Source: Candidatus Electrothrix sp. GW3-4
Lineage (GTDB): Bacteria > Desulfobacterota > Desulfobulbia > Desulfobulbales > Desulfobulbaceae
DNA: 32,000 nucleotides
Assembly (NCBI RefSeq): GCF_037902255.1
Contig: NZ_CP147990.1
Span: 4,610,692-4,642,691, forward strand
Direction of reading: 5' to 3'
Of the stretch, positions 16,074 to 25,528 are shown piece after piece. The notes beneath the pieces were generated by a model that had not been told where the DNA came from, did no database searches, and saw only the letters and a list, made by a program, of their open reading frames with translations. The translations under genes and the position numbers were made by a program. The number at the start of each line of letters is the position of its first letter. The first letter of the stretch is position 1.

Positions 16074-17306
16074 CTATAAGGTCAACCGTCCCTCTGTTTC
16101 CCCGGCCGCTGCCTCCTGCTCTTCCAGGACCCGCTGAAAAATAGCTGCAGCCATCTCGTTGTATTTCTTCACCTCATCCATCTTTCTTTGCCGTTCACAG
16201 AGCTTGGCCAATTCCTGGTAAATACTGCCCACCGCCGGATGCTCCTTGCCCCGTAATTTTTGGGTTACGGCCAGGGCCTGCTGATAATATTTTTCTGATT
16301 GTTCGTATTTGCCGCAGATGCGGTATGCCTCCCCGACGTTATTATAGATGATAATAATGCCTGCCAGATCCGGGGCAGGGGAGTTTTTCTTGATCTTGAG
16401 CAGTCGTTCGAGCAGGGGGATGGCATCTTGCTCGCCTTCCAGCTCCATATGCAGTCGGGCTAATTTGTCGAGGATATCAGCCAGAATAATATCGTCTCCA
16501 GCCGTATCCATAATGGCCAGGGCCTTTTTATAGGGCTCTTCCGCCTCTTCATACAGCCCTTGGCTTTCCTTGAGGAGTCCGACCTGATACCAGCAAATCC
16601 CCATTTCAGGATGATCTTGACCGACCAGCTTGGTCAGGCTGTCCATCGCCTTGCTATAATAGGCATCTGCCTGCTTATGCTGTCCGAACAGGGCTGCGCT
16701 GTAGGCCACTTCCCGCCGGGCCACGGCCAGCTCCACCGAGTCCTTGCCCTGTTGGCCAAGCAGCTTTTCCAGGACCATAAAGCGCATTAAGGCCTTTTTA
16801 TGCTGGTACATCTTCCGGGCCAGCAGGCCAGCGGCCCGGAGATAATGGGGATTGGCCTTGTCAAGCTCCACCGCCTTATCAAAACGGACCATTGCCCGGT
16901 TGAAATCCATGCGGCATTCTGCCAGCCGGCCGCTGTGAAAGGCGGCAAAGGCACCGCCCTTTCCCCCTTTGCCGATCACCTTGTCAAGGATTTGTTCTGC
17001 CTCCAGGGTACTGTCCTTGCTGCATACGCTCTCGGCAGCCCGGCTATACAGGGCCTCTCCCAGCATACGTTGCATTTTGTCAAAGGCCATCAGGGCGCCT
17101 TTGCGACAGGTCGCCTCGTGCTTATAGCTCTGCTTGATAAAGGTCAGAGCCTCAGTCAGGCTGACAACGACAAGCTGCAGTCGTTCCCGTTTACTCTCCT
17201 CGTTTTGCTCCATCGCGGTAGTGACTGCCTGGAGAAACTTCTTCTTCTGGATAATCAGCCGCTGGGTATAGGCCTTGGGCGACAGTGCTACGCTATATTT
17301 CGACAC
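16074..17306 (-). CDS. Tetratricopeptide-repeat (TPR) protein
   Basis: Repeated 34-aa-type helical units (e.g. ADAYYSKAMDSL, YEEAEEPYKKALAI, YEQSEKYYQQALAV). GTG start behind GAGGAGGG. Confidence 0.8.
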   Translation of the reverse strand: MSKYSVALSPKAYTQRLIIQKKKFLQAVTTAMEQNEESKRERLQLVVVSLTEALTFIKQSYKHEATCRKGALMAFDKMQRMLGEALYSRAAESVCSKDSTLEAEQILDKVIGKGGKGGAFAAFHSGRLAECRMDFNRAMVRFDKAVELDKANPHYLRAAGLLARKMYQHKKALMRFMVLEKLLGQQGKDSVELAVARREVAYSAALFGQHKQADAYYSKAMDSLTKLVGQDHPEMGICWYQVGLLKESQGLYEEAEEPYKKALAIMDTAGDDIILADILDKLARLHMELEGEQDAIPLLERLLKIKKNSPAPDLAGIIIIYNNVGEAYRICGKYEQSEKYYQQALAVTQKLRGKEHPAVGSIYQELAKLCERQRKMDEVKKYNEMAAAIFQRVLEEQEAAAGETEGRLTL

Positions 17307-17492
17307 AGTATGAATCCCTCCTCAACTCCGGTAAAGGTTCTGATCCAGGTGCTGGTGCTGCTTCGGATGTACGGCGGAACCTGACTTTTTGGACGTGTTT
17401 TCTGGGAAATCTTAAATATACAGGTATATCAGACCTTCTGGACAAGAACAAGAAAATCTTTTTCTGTTGACGCATTCTCCTGCACAGGCTAA

Positions 17493-18680
<1,188 letters not shown>

Positions 18681-18714
18681 CCACGAGAAAAGTATCTTTG
18701 GAGGATCTATTTCC

Positions 18715-19050
18715 ATGTTTGGAGTCGCTTACGCACAAGGAGCAGCAGCCGGACCGGCTGGAGGGGGCATTGCCCAGTTTGTTCCGCTCATCCTGATCTT
18801 TGTTGTTTTTTATTTTCTGCTCATTCGTCCCCAGCAAAAAAAGGCCAAGGAGCAGCAGGACTTTCTTACGAATTTAAAAAAAGGGGATAAGGTGATGACC
18901 GGAGGTGGTGTGCATGGTCAGATCACTGGCCTGACCGATAGCGCAGTGACCCTGGAGGTCGCAGATGGGGTCCGGATTAAGGTCCATCGTGGCTATATCC
19001 TCGCTATTCCCCCGGTGGAAAGCAAGGATGCCCTGACCAAAAAGGGCTGA
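18715..19050 (+). CDS. yajC: Preprotein translocase subunit YajC
   Basis: The internal ATG at 18715 behind GGAGGA gives one TM helix (VPLILIFVVFYFLLIRPQQKKAKE) and a GDKVMTGGGVHGQI tail. Confidence 0.9.
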   Translation: MFGVAYAQGAAAGPAGGGIAQFVPLILIFVVFYFLLIRPQQKKAKEQQDFLTNLKKGDKVMTGGGVHGQITGLTDSAVTLEVADGVRIKVHRGYILAIPPVESKDALTKKG

Positions 19051-19095
19051 GGAATTGGCGGATGTTGATGAATCTTCATAGGCTATGAAGAAGAT

Positions 19096-19138
19096 AAAGG
19101 CCGTAGCTCTGTGCAGATACAGGGCTGCGGCCTTTTTT
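19096..19138 (+). terminator. Rho-independent terminator after yajC
   Basis: 12-bp stem AAAGGCCGTAGC / GCTGCGGCCTTT (one mismatch), followed by TTTTTT. Confidence 0.8.
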
Positions 19139-19158
19139 GTCATCATGAGGAGGCGGAG

Positions 19159-20034
19159 ATGCGAAAACAGTACCCAGCAACCCTGTCACTTGCCGCTCTG
19201 CTGGTCGCAGGCAGTGGTTTTTTTCAGTTGGTTTCTTCCTACGAACTCGTTCTCATGATGCCGCCGATCCTGGCCGGAGCAGAGCAGGGTACCGTGATCG
19301 GCTGGCAGCCCTTAAACGATACCGGCATTACCTGGAGTGGTAACTATGCTTCCGGTAATAATACCACTTGTATCTCTTCCAGCACGCCGGACGGCGATAA
19401 CGTGGTTACGGCCCAGGACTGCTCCCATGGCCGGGATACAAACTTTAACGACGATTCCGACGGTGATGCCGGATTCAGCTATACTAAGCTGGACAGCAAC
19501 GGGGTGCCACTGACTGATCAGGATGCAGTTTACGCAGACACCCCGTGGGAATGTGTGCAGGATAATGTCACCGGCCTGATCTGGGAGGTGAAGACCGATG
19601 ACGGGTGGCTGCATGATAAGGACGATACCTATACCTGGTACAACACCGATCCGAGCAGCAACGGTGGGGCAGATGGTGATGATGGTGCAGCGAACAACAC
19701 CTGCTACGGGTATAACAGCTCTATTTCTCTAGCCTACTGCAATACTGAGGCCTATGTGCAAAGGGTTAACTTTTATGGCTGGTGCGGGGGCTCGGATTGG
19801 CGTATGCCCACGCTTAAGGAGCTGGAAAGCCTTGTCCATTATGGCCGCAGCAATCCGGCGATAGACACCAGCTATTTTCCTAACGCAATCAGTTCCTCTG
19901 TCTGGTCCTGGTCGCCTTTTGCTGATGCTCCGGCCTTTGCGTGGTTCATCTATTTTGACTCTGGTAATTCCCATTTCTACTTTCGCAACGGAAGCTTTGC
20001 GGTCCGTCTGGTGCGCAGCGAGACAAGCTATTAG
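19159..20034 (+). CDS. Secreted DUF1566 (Lcl C-terminal-like) domain protein, long form, copy A
   Basis: The ATG at 19159 lies behind GAGGAGG and downstream of the terminator. Hydrophobic N-terminus. Motifs LNDTGITW, QDCSHGRD, VTGLIWEVKTDDG, SDWRMPTLKELESLVHYG, AVRLVR. Confidence 0.75.
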   Translation: MRKQYPATLSLAALLVAGSGFFQLVSSYELVLMMPPILAGAEQGTVIGWQPLNDTGITWSGNYASGNNTTCISSSTPDGDNVVTAQDCSHGRDTNFNDDSDGDAGFSYTKLDSNGVPLTDQDAVYADTPWECVQDNVTGLIWEVKTDDGWLHDKDDTYTWYNTDPSSNGGADGDDGAANNTCYGYNSSISLAYCNTEAYVQRVNFYGWCGGSDWRMPTLKELESLVHYGRSNPAIDTSYFPNAISSSVWSWSPFADAPAFAWFIYFDSGNSHFYFRNGSFAVRLVRSETSY

Positions 20035-20073
20035 CCAGGATATTTTAGAAAAAATACACTTCTCCATTTCATC

Positions 20074-20604
20074 ATGCGAATACTCGTCCTGATGCTCTGC
20101 TGTATATTCTCTGCCGTCACTGCTCATGCTGCCCTGCAGCAGATATGCAGAACGGATACCATCCCGGCTTCCACACCGGATAGCTCCCTGATTGACCACG
20201 GAAATGGCACAGTAACGGACAGCAAAACCGGCCTGATGTGGAAAAAATGTCTTGAAGGTGCTGAGGGGACAGACTGCGAAATCGGCTCGCCAAGCAACTT
20301 CACGTGGCAGGGGGCTTTGCAGCAGCCCGGAACAGTCAATGCCAGCGGCGGTTTTGCAGGCTACCAAGATTGGCGGCTGCCAAATATCAGAGAGCTGTAC
20401 TCACTTGTTGAGGAACAATGCTATAGCCCTGCAATCAACCTGAACCGCTTTCCCAATACTCCTCAAGAGTTGACTGTTTGGTCTGGATCACCTTGCGTGA
20501 CCGATCTGGATTCTGCGTGGAGTGTTTTTTTGGGTTACGGCTATTCCAAGGCTAATAATCGGAACCTGAGCAGTGCGGTTCGGTTGGTGCGCGGCGGACA
20601 GTGA
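20074..20604 (+). CDS. Secreted DUF1566 (Lcl C-terminal-like) domain protein, short form, copy A
   Basis: Signal peptide MRILVLMLCCIFSAVTAHA. Motifs TGLMWKKCLEG, FTWQGALQ, DWRLPNIRELYSLVEEQC, AVRLVRGGQ. Confidence 0.8.
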   Translation: MRILVLMLCCIFSAVTAHAALQQICRTDTIPASTPDSSLIDHGNGTVTDSKTGLMWKKCLEGAEGTDCEIGSPSNFTWQGALQQPGTVNASGGFAGYQDWRLPNIRELYSLVEEQCYSPAINLNRFPNTPQELTVWSGSPCVTDLDSAWSVFLGYGYSKANNRNLSSAVRLVRGGQ

Positions 20605-20740
20605 TTTCGTCTCTTGTTTTGGTGATGCGGGCGCGCAGAAAATAAACGCTGTGCCGAATCCTTGTCCCCCTGGGGATGGTGTTTCGTCATAAGGGGCCCC
20701 TTTTTCCTTTTTTCCTTACTTTTATTTTTCAGGAGTCTTG

Positions 20741-21280
20741 ATGATGAAAAAAATCGTGTTGTTCACCTTGTCGTTTTGTATTCTCAGCGTGTTTTCTGCC
20801 CAGGCCAATCAATTTCGTCCAGGTCCCAGATTCTCACCCAATACCGGCGACGTGGAGTTTGATCAGTTGCTGGTTCGCCTGAATACTGCTGCCGGAGAAA
20901 GGCTTAATCCGTTTATCGCAGACCTCAGCACAGCTTTTCACGTCCCTCCCCAAAGAATCAACCGGTTGATTCATAATCAGCAAATGTCTCCGGCTGATGT
21001 CGCTCTTGTCCTCCACTTGGCGAGAATGAACGGGGCTCCCCTGAAAAGAGTTCTTCAGCATTATAGACAGCATCGTCCGAAAGGGTGGCGAGCGGTTTTT
21101 CTCTCTTTTGAGATGCATCCTGGTTCCCGTTTCTTTATTATCCTGCGGCAGGAGATTCCCACCGTTATTATTCGCTATACTAAACCTTGGCCCAAGGGGT
21201 CAAAGAAGAAAAAGGGGTCGAAAAAGAAGAAAGGATCCAAAAAGAAAGGATCCAAAAAGAAAGGGTCAAAGGGGAAATGA
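20741..21280 (+). CDS. Secreted hypothetical protein with a C-terminal tandem KGSKK(K) polylysine tail
   Basis: The ATG at 20741 lies 5 nt after AGGAG. Signal peptide MMKKIVLFTLSFCILSVFSAQA. The tail reads KGSKKKKGSKKKKGSKKKGSKKKGSKGK. Confidence 0.6.
   Translation: MMKKIVLFTLSFCILSVFSAQANQFRPGPRFSPNTGDVEFDQLLVRLNTAAGERLNPFIADLSTAFHVPPQRINRLIHNQQMSPADVALVLHLARMNGAPLKRVLQHYRQHRPKGWRAVFLSFEMHPGSRFFIILRQEIPTVIIRYTKPWPKGSKKKKGSKKKKGSKKKGSKKKGSKGK
21194..21277 (+). repeat. In-frame tandem repeat (18/15-nt units) encoding the KGSKK(K) units
   Basis: There are five units, including a perfect 15-nt duplication AAAGGATCCAAAAAG at 21230-21244 and 21245-21259. Confidence 0.9.
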
Positions 21281-21465
21281 TTCATCTTTCTGGAAAAAGG
21301 AGGTATTATCTCTGGGGCCCAAAGGGGATTTTGGTCGTAACAGCAAGAATGCGTCGTTCTGTCTATTTCCCTCGGCCTAAAGACCAAAAAAGGGGTTGAG
21401 ATGCCGTATTGTTGATCATTGTTGATCTGAAGGGGAAAAAATACCGTTGTTCGTAAAACGACGAC

Positions 21466-21495
21466 TTGCATCTTGCATATTGTTTTGTTTATAAT
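21466..21495 (+). promoter_or_regulatory. Candidate sigma70 promoter for DUF1566 module copy B
   Basis: TTGCAT (21466-21471), 18-nt spacer, TATAAT (21490-21495), within an AT-rich spacer. Confidence 0.35.
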
Positions 21496-21608
21496 ATGTT
21501 TATATTATACATGAATAGTGTAAGCCTGAGTTTTACCGGAGGTCAGTTGTACCGCTCTGATGGATTTCAGGATGTTCAATTTTTCTGAAGCATGAGAGGA
21601 GGCAGAAG

Positions 21609-22424
21609 ATGAAAAAACAGTACCTCGTAATTTTGACACTTGCTGGCCTGTTTATTGCGGGCAGCGGTTTTTTTCGTTCGGTCTATTCCTACAAGCTTTT
21701 GCTGATGATGCCGCCGATCTTGGCCGGGGCAATGAGGGGCTGGCAGCCCTTAAACGATACCGGCATTACCTGGGGTGGCAATTACCCCTCAGGCAATAAT
21801 GCAGACTGCACGGGTGAAGAAATTGATGCCCAGGATTGCTCCCATGGGCGGGATACAACAAGGAATGACGATACGGACGGTCATGCCGGATTCAGTTTTA
21901 CCAAGTTAGACAGCAATGGCGATCCCTTGGTAGATCAGGGTGCCACCTCCTGGTCCTGTGTGCAGGATAAGGTGACCGGCCTGATCTGGGAGATCAAGAC
22001 GGATGACGGCGGCCTGCATGACAAGGATGACACCTATACCTGGTATTCCAGCGCAAGTTCGCTTGGTTCTGCTGATGGCGGCGGTGCGACCTGTTTTGGT
22101 TACGATAGTAATGATTCAGGAACATTTTGTAATACAGAGACATACGTAGAGCGGGTGAACGCGACAAACCTCTGTGGGGCATCGGATTGGCGTATGCCGA
22201 CGATTAAGGAACTCAAGAGCCTTGTTCATTATGGTCGTGTTAATCCGGCAATAGATGTCGCTTACTTTCCCAATCTCGTAGCTGTTTCCTTTCTCTTTTG
22301 GTCTGATTCGCTCAATGCCAGCAATCTCAACCAGGCATGGCTCCTCCATTTCTATTATGGCCTTTCTGACGTTGATTCCACCAGTTACAGTTATGAGGTG
22401 CGCTTGGTCCGCAGGGCAAACTAA
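21609..22424 (+). CDS. Secreted DUF1566 (Lcl C-terminal-like) domain protein, long form, copy B
   Basis: Collinear paralog of 19159..20034, sharing WQPLNDTGITW, QDCSHGRDT, VTGLIWEIKTDDG, SDWRMPTIKELKSLVHYG. The RBS/leader DNA is also similar. Confidence 0.75.
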   Translation: MKKQYLVILTLAGLFIAGSGFFRSVYSYKLLLMMPPILAGAMRGWQPLNDTGITWGGNYPSGNNADCTGEEIDAQDCSHGRDTTRNDDTDGHAGFSFTKLDSNGDPLVDQGATSWSCVQDKVTGLIWEIKTDDGGLHDKDDTYTWYSSASSLGSADGGGATCFGYDSNDSGTFCNTETYVERVNATNLCGASDWRMPTIKELKSLVHYGRVNPAIDVAYFPNLVAVSFLFWSDSLNASNLNQAWLLHFYYGLSDVDSTSYSYEVRLVRRAN

Positions 22425-22559
22425 GTGGCCTGTGGTGTTTTCTTGTGCTGATAGATGGGAACGAACAGCCGTTATCTACCCTGCATGGAGCCAGCTGGCC
22501 CTGCAGGGAAGCAGATCGCTGGCTGAGAGAATAAAAAAATCATGAAGAGGAGCGAAGAT

Positions 22560-23081
22560 ATGCGTACCTTTTTGCTGCTGTTGATCTGTGGTATCTTTTT
22601 GGCGCAAGCTGTGCATGCCGCGCAGACCTGCGAACCGGATTTCATCCCTGCTTCCACCCCGGACAGTCAGTTGGTTGATAATAACGACGGGACCGTTACG
22701 GATCGCAAGACCGGCCTGACCTGGAAAAAATGTCTTGAAGGCGTTGCAGGAGATAACTGCGAAATCGGCTTACCCAGTTCATTTACCTGGCAAGAGGCCC
22801 TGCAGCAGCCTGCAGCGGTCAATGCTGTCGGCTTTGCCAACCACAACGATTGGCGACTGCCCAATATTAAAGAGCTAGGGTCCCTTGTTGAGGAGCAATG
22901 TGCTAATCCGGCAATCAATCTGAACCGTTTCCCCAGCACCCCAAGTACCTCTCTCTGGTCCGGGTCGCCCGATGCCTTTAATGTGGCCAATGCGTGGTAC
23001 GTCGATTTCACCAACGGTAACTCCGATCGTTTCCCCAGGGATAGCTTGCTTGCGGTACGTTTAGTACGTAGCGGCCAATAA
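22560..23081 (+). CDS. Secreted DUF1566 (Lcl C-terminal-like) domain protein, short form, copy B
   Basis: Paralog of 20074..20604, sharing IPASTPDS, TGLTWKKCLEG, DWRLPNIKELGSLVEEQC, PAINLNRFP, AVRLVRSGQ. The ATG at 22560 is chosen by alignment with copy A and a GAGGAG RBS; the tracked start is 22542. Confidence 0.8.
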   Translation: MRTFLLLLICGIFLAQAVHAAQTCEPDFIPASTPDSQLVDNNDGTVTDRKTGLTWKKCLEGVAGDNCEIGLPSSFTWQEALQQPAAVNAVGFANHNDWRLPNIKELGSLVEEQCANPAINLNRFPSTPSTSLWSGSPDAFNVANAWYVDFTNGNSDRFPRDSLLAVRLVRSGQ

Positions 23082-23104
23082 TTACTTTTTGGGTAATCCT
23101 GTTC

Positions 23105-23833
23105 ATGCGCCGTTTTTTTTATGATCCGGGTGTTCAAGAGATAGAAGAAGAGATCCTGATCACCGGTCCTGAGGCCCATCATATCCGCAATGTCCTGCGC
23201 ATGCAGGTCGGGCACCATGCAGAGCTTTTTGACGGTAACGGAGCTGTTGTTTCCGCTGAGATCACCCGGATCAGCGCAAAAGAGGTGGTCTTTCAGGTGC
23301 TGTCCCGGCAGGACGCCTCCAACGCGGGGGTTCCCCTGACCCTGGCCCAAGCCGTGTTGAAGGGAAAAAAAATGGACCTGTTGGTGCAAAAGGCCACGGA
23401 ACTCGGGGTCCATACCTTTGTCCCAGTGCTTACCCGCTACTGTGAAAAGTCAAGTCGGGCCGGGCAGCAGCTCGAACGCTGGCAGCGGATCATGCTGGAG
23501 GCCTGTAAGCAATGCCGCAGGCCAATTCCTATGCAGATATGTGCTCCGCTTGCCCTGCACGAACTGCCCCTCCCGGAAGAGGGACATAGGATCATGCCCT
23601 GGGAGAACGAGGCGGGGACGCCTTTTTCCGCTCTTGACTTGGGCAACGGACAGCCGGTGTTGGTGTTGATCGGGCCGGAGGGGGGCTTTCATCCTGCGGA
23701 GGTTGGCTATGCCGAGGAGGTCGGTTTTTCGACAGTCTCGCTGGGGCCACGTATCCTGCGGGCAGAGACAGCGGCCTTGGCTGCGGTGGTGCTGGCCCAG
23801 CAGGGGGTGGGGAATCTTTCGCTACTTTCATAG
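23105..23833 (+). CDS. rsmE: 16S rRNA (uracil1498-N3)-methyltransferase RsmE
   Basis: N-terminal PUA-like region (HHIRNVLRMQVG) and a C-terminal SPOUT knot motif (VLIGPEGGFHPAE...LGPRILRAETAA). Confidence 0.9.
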   Translation: MRRFFYDPGVQEIEEEILITGPEAHHIRNVLRMQVGHHAELFDGNGAVVSAEITRISAKEVVFQVLSRQDASNAGVPLTLAQAVLKGKKMDLLVQKATELGVHTFVPVLTRYCEKSSRAGQQLERWQRIMLEACKQCRRPIPMQICAPLALHELPLPEEGHRIMPWENEAGTPFSALDLGNGQPVLVLIGPEGGFHPAEVGYAEEVGFSTVSLGPRILRAETAALAAVVLAQQGVGNLSLLS

Positions 23834-24392
23834 CGCTTTTGCAATTCTTGCTCTTCCTGTTACTCCGTCTTTCCTTTCGGTTTCTTCCACGTCAGTTCCC
23901 CTGGCCCACCCCTATTTATAACAACGTGAGAAGTTACAGCATATCCAGAGGGAAATGAGCCGTAGGGATTCTCCATTGCACTTGATTTGTCAGGGATAAG
24001 GCCTTGTTTGTTGCCGATCACGCTTTATCTGAGATAGATGAGACATGCGTTGTTCCAGGCAGAGCATGACCTGGAGCTACTCAGGCTTGATCTGCTCCAG
24101 ATAGCGTTCGATATACTCTGGATTGAGTCTGAATAGGAGTTCCTTTTTGCTGGGGGAGGGGAAACAACGCTTGTTGGGACCTATTTAGCTCTCATTCAGT
24201 CCAGTTGTGGCCTGATATTAGCTGGTTTCGGCTTGCTTTTCCTCTGAGTGGTGATAAGGTCGAATTGTTGTGGGGGGAGAAATGGGATCTGGATTAGGGG
24301 GTATCTCTATTGTTTGATACGGTATCTGACGAATGGATTATTGAGGGGATTTAAGCCTGATAATCAACGATTATATTTATGACGAGAACGAA

Positions 24393-25421
24393 ATGAATTC
24401 ATATGAACTAGTTGAAATTATAAATCATTGTTTAGTCGAGGTTGCGACGAAGAAAAACTTTTTTGAAGCTATAGGTTATTTTCAAAAGATAAACGAAAAA
24501 ATTCAGTTAAGAACTTCTGAGATAATATCAGTAACGGAAAAAGATAAAATTTTTAACATTGCTAATTCATTTAGAGGGACGCTGAATCAATTAATTAGCA
24601 AAGAAAAGACTGAAATTAATTTGTTTCCAGTTTATGATGAACTGAAAGCAGTTTCTGAATTGCTACAAAATTTATTCAAAAAGTTATCTCCTGATGATGA
24701 GAATCATCTTTCTATACTATCATCTTTAGATAAGTTTACACTATATTACCAAGATCATGTAAGGTTATATACTCCAGAATCTTTGCACAAAGTTGCTGGC
24801 GCTGCTTATGAATTATCTATAGAATATAATGAAATTATTTCAACTTTAAGTCTTGTTGTTTACAGTTTGTCTGCTGCTAATTATCAAAAAGCAGATAATG
24901 AAGAACTGGCTGAATTTATTTTCGGTAACATTAAATCTGCCATTGATTACTCAATAAAAATTAGATGCCTTATTGAAATATATGATCGAGTAGCGGCCAA
25001 ACTTGAAATTAATCCTAACCATCCTTTAAAGATAATAAAGTTTGAGACTGGTAGTCCGTGGTATATAAAAGTAGCAGGTCACCCTATTACTCTAACTATC
25101 GTTACCAATTTAATGATAGCGGGGGCTCAATACATTCATGCGAGTTATACGGAAAATTCTCCGCTAAACACCATTCCGAAAGCTGCTGAAGCCGCAGATA
25201 AAATTTTAAAAGTCACTTCACAATTGAAGAAAGCTGGCCTTGATGTTGAGGCACAGGAACGCCAGGTAAATGAAACTATTTCCATTCTTGCTAAAGAGTT
25301 AAATGCACTTGTTGCTGATCAATATCAAATGGAAATCAACGGAAAAGAAACAAAAGTATCTGGATCGTCCGACAAATATCTTGAACAGGCAAGACAGACA
25401 TTCATTGAACAGCAAAAGTAA
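24393..25421 (+). CDS. Orphan hypothetical protein (342 aa) in an AT-rich islet
   Basis: One long uninterrupted ORF in visibly AT-rich DNA. Lys/Glu/Ile/Asn-rich and probably helical, with one hydrophobic segment (HPITLTIVTNLMIAGAQYI). No motif recognised. Confidence 0.7.
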   Translation: MNSYELVEIINHCLVEVATKKNFFEAIGYFQKINEKIQLRTSEIISVTEKDKIFNIANSFRGTLNQLISKEKTEINLFPVYDELKAVSELLQNLFKKLSPDDENHLSILSSLDKFTLYYQDHVRLYTPESLHKVAGAAYELSIEYNEIISTLSLVVYSLSAANYQKADNEELAEFIFGNIKSAIDYSIKIRCLIEIYDRVAAKLEINPNHPLKIIKFETGSPWYIKVAGHPITLTIVTNLMIAGAQYIHASYTENSPLNTIPKAAEAADKILKVTSQLKKAGLDVEAQERQVNETISILAKELNALVADQYQMEINGKETKVSGSSDKYLEQARQTFIEQQK

Positions 25422-25528
25422 ATATAGACAAACAAGAAAATGCGAAGAATATTTGAAGAAGCATTCAGCAACTACGACCAATATAAATGAAAAATAACCT
25501 CCTTCAGAGTAATTAGCGAATAAAAACC

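Larger units (their letters stand above)
19141..20604 (+). repeat. Paralogous two-gene module, copy A (long + short DUF1566 genes)
   Basis: Nucleotide-level similarity to 21589-23081 is visible in the leader and in conserved coding blocks (e.g. GGCTGGCAGCCCTTAAACGATACCGGCATTACCTGG in both). The inter-gene spacers differ. Confidence 0.8.
21589..23081 (+). repeat. Paralogous two-gene module, copy B
   Basis: See copy A. It has the same gene order and orientation. Confidence 0.8.

Noticed and set aside
19111-19158. Upstream extension of the first DUF1566 ORF, and similar 5' extensions at 5274, 5138, 18616, 1506 and 29454
   Set aside because: The extension at 19111 runs through the yajC terminator hairpin. 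In every case an internal ATG with a proper RBS and/or signal peptide gives a better gene model.
21175-21471. 98-aa minus-strand ORF with FFLDPFF repeats
   Set aside because: It is simply the reverse-complement reading of the KGSKK repeat DNA. The plus-strand reading has a signal peptide and an RBS.
22479-22508. Nested inverted repeat CCCTGCA...TGCAGGG (with inner CCAGCTGG) between the long and short DUF1566 genes of copy B
   Set aside because: It may act as an attenuator or processing hairpin, but it has no T-tract, is absent from copy A, and sits in a spacer that differs entirely between copies. There is too little evidence to call it a feature.
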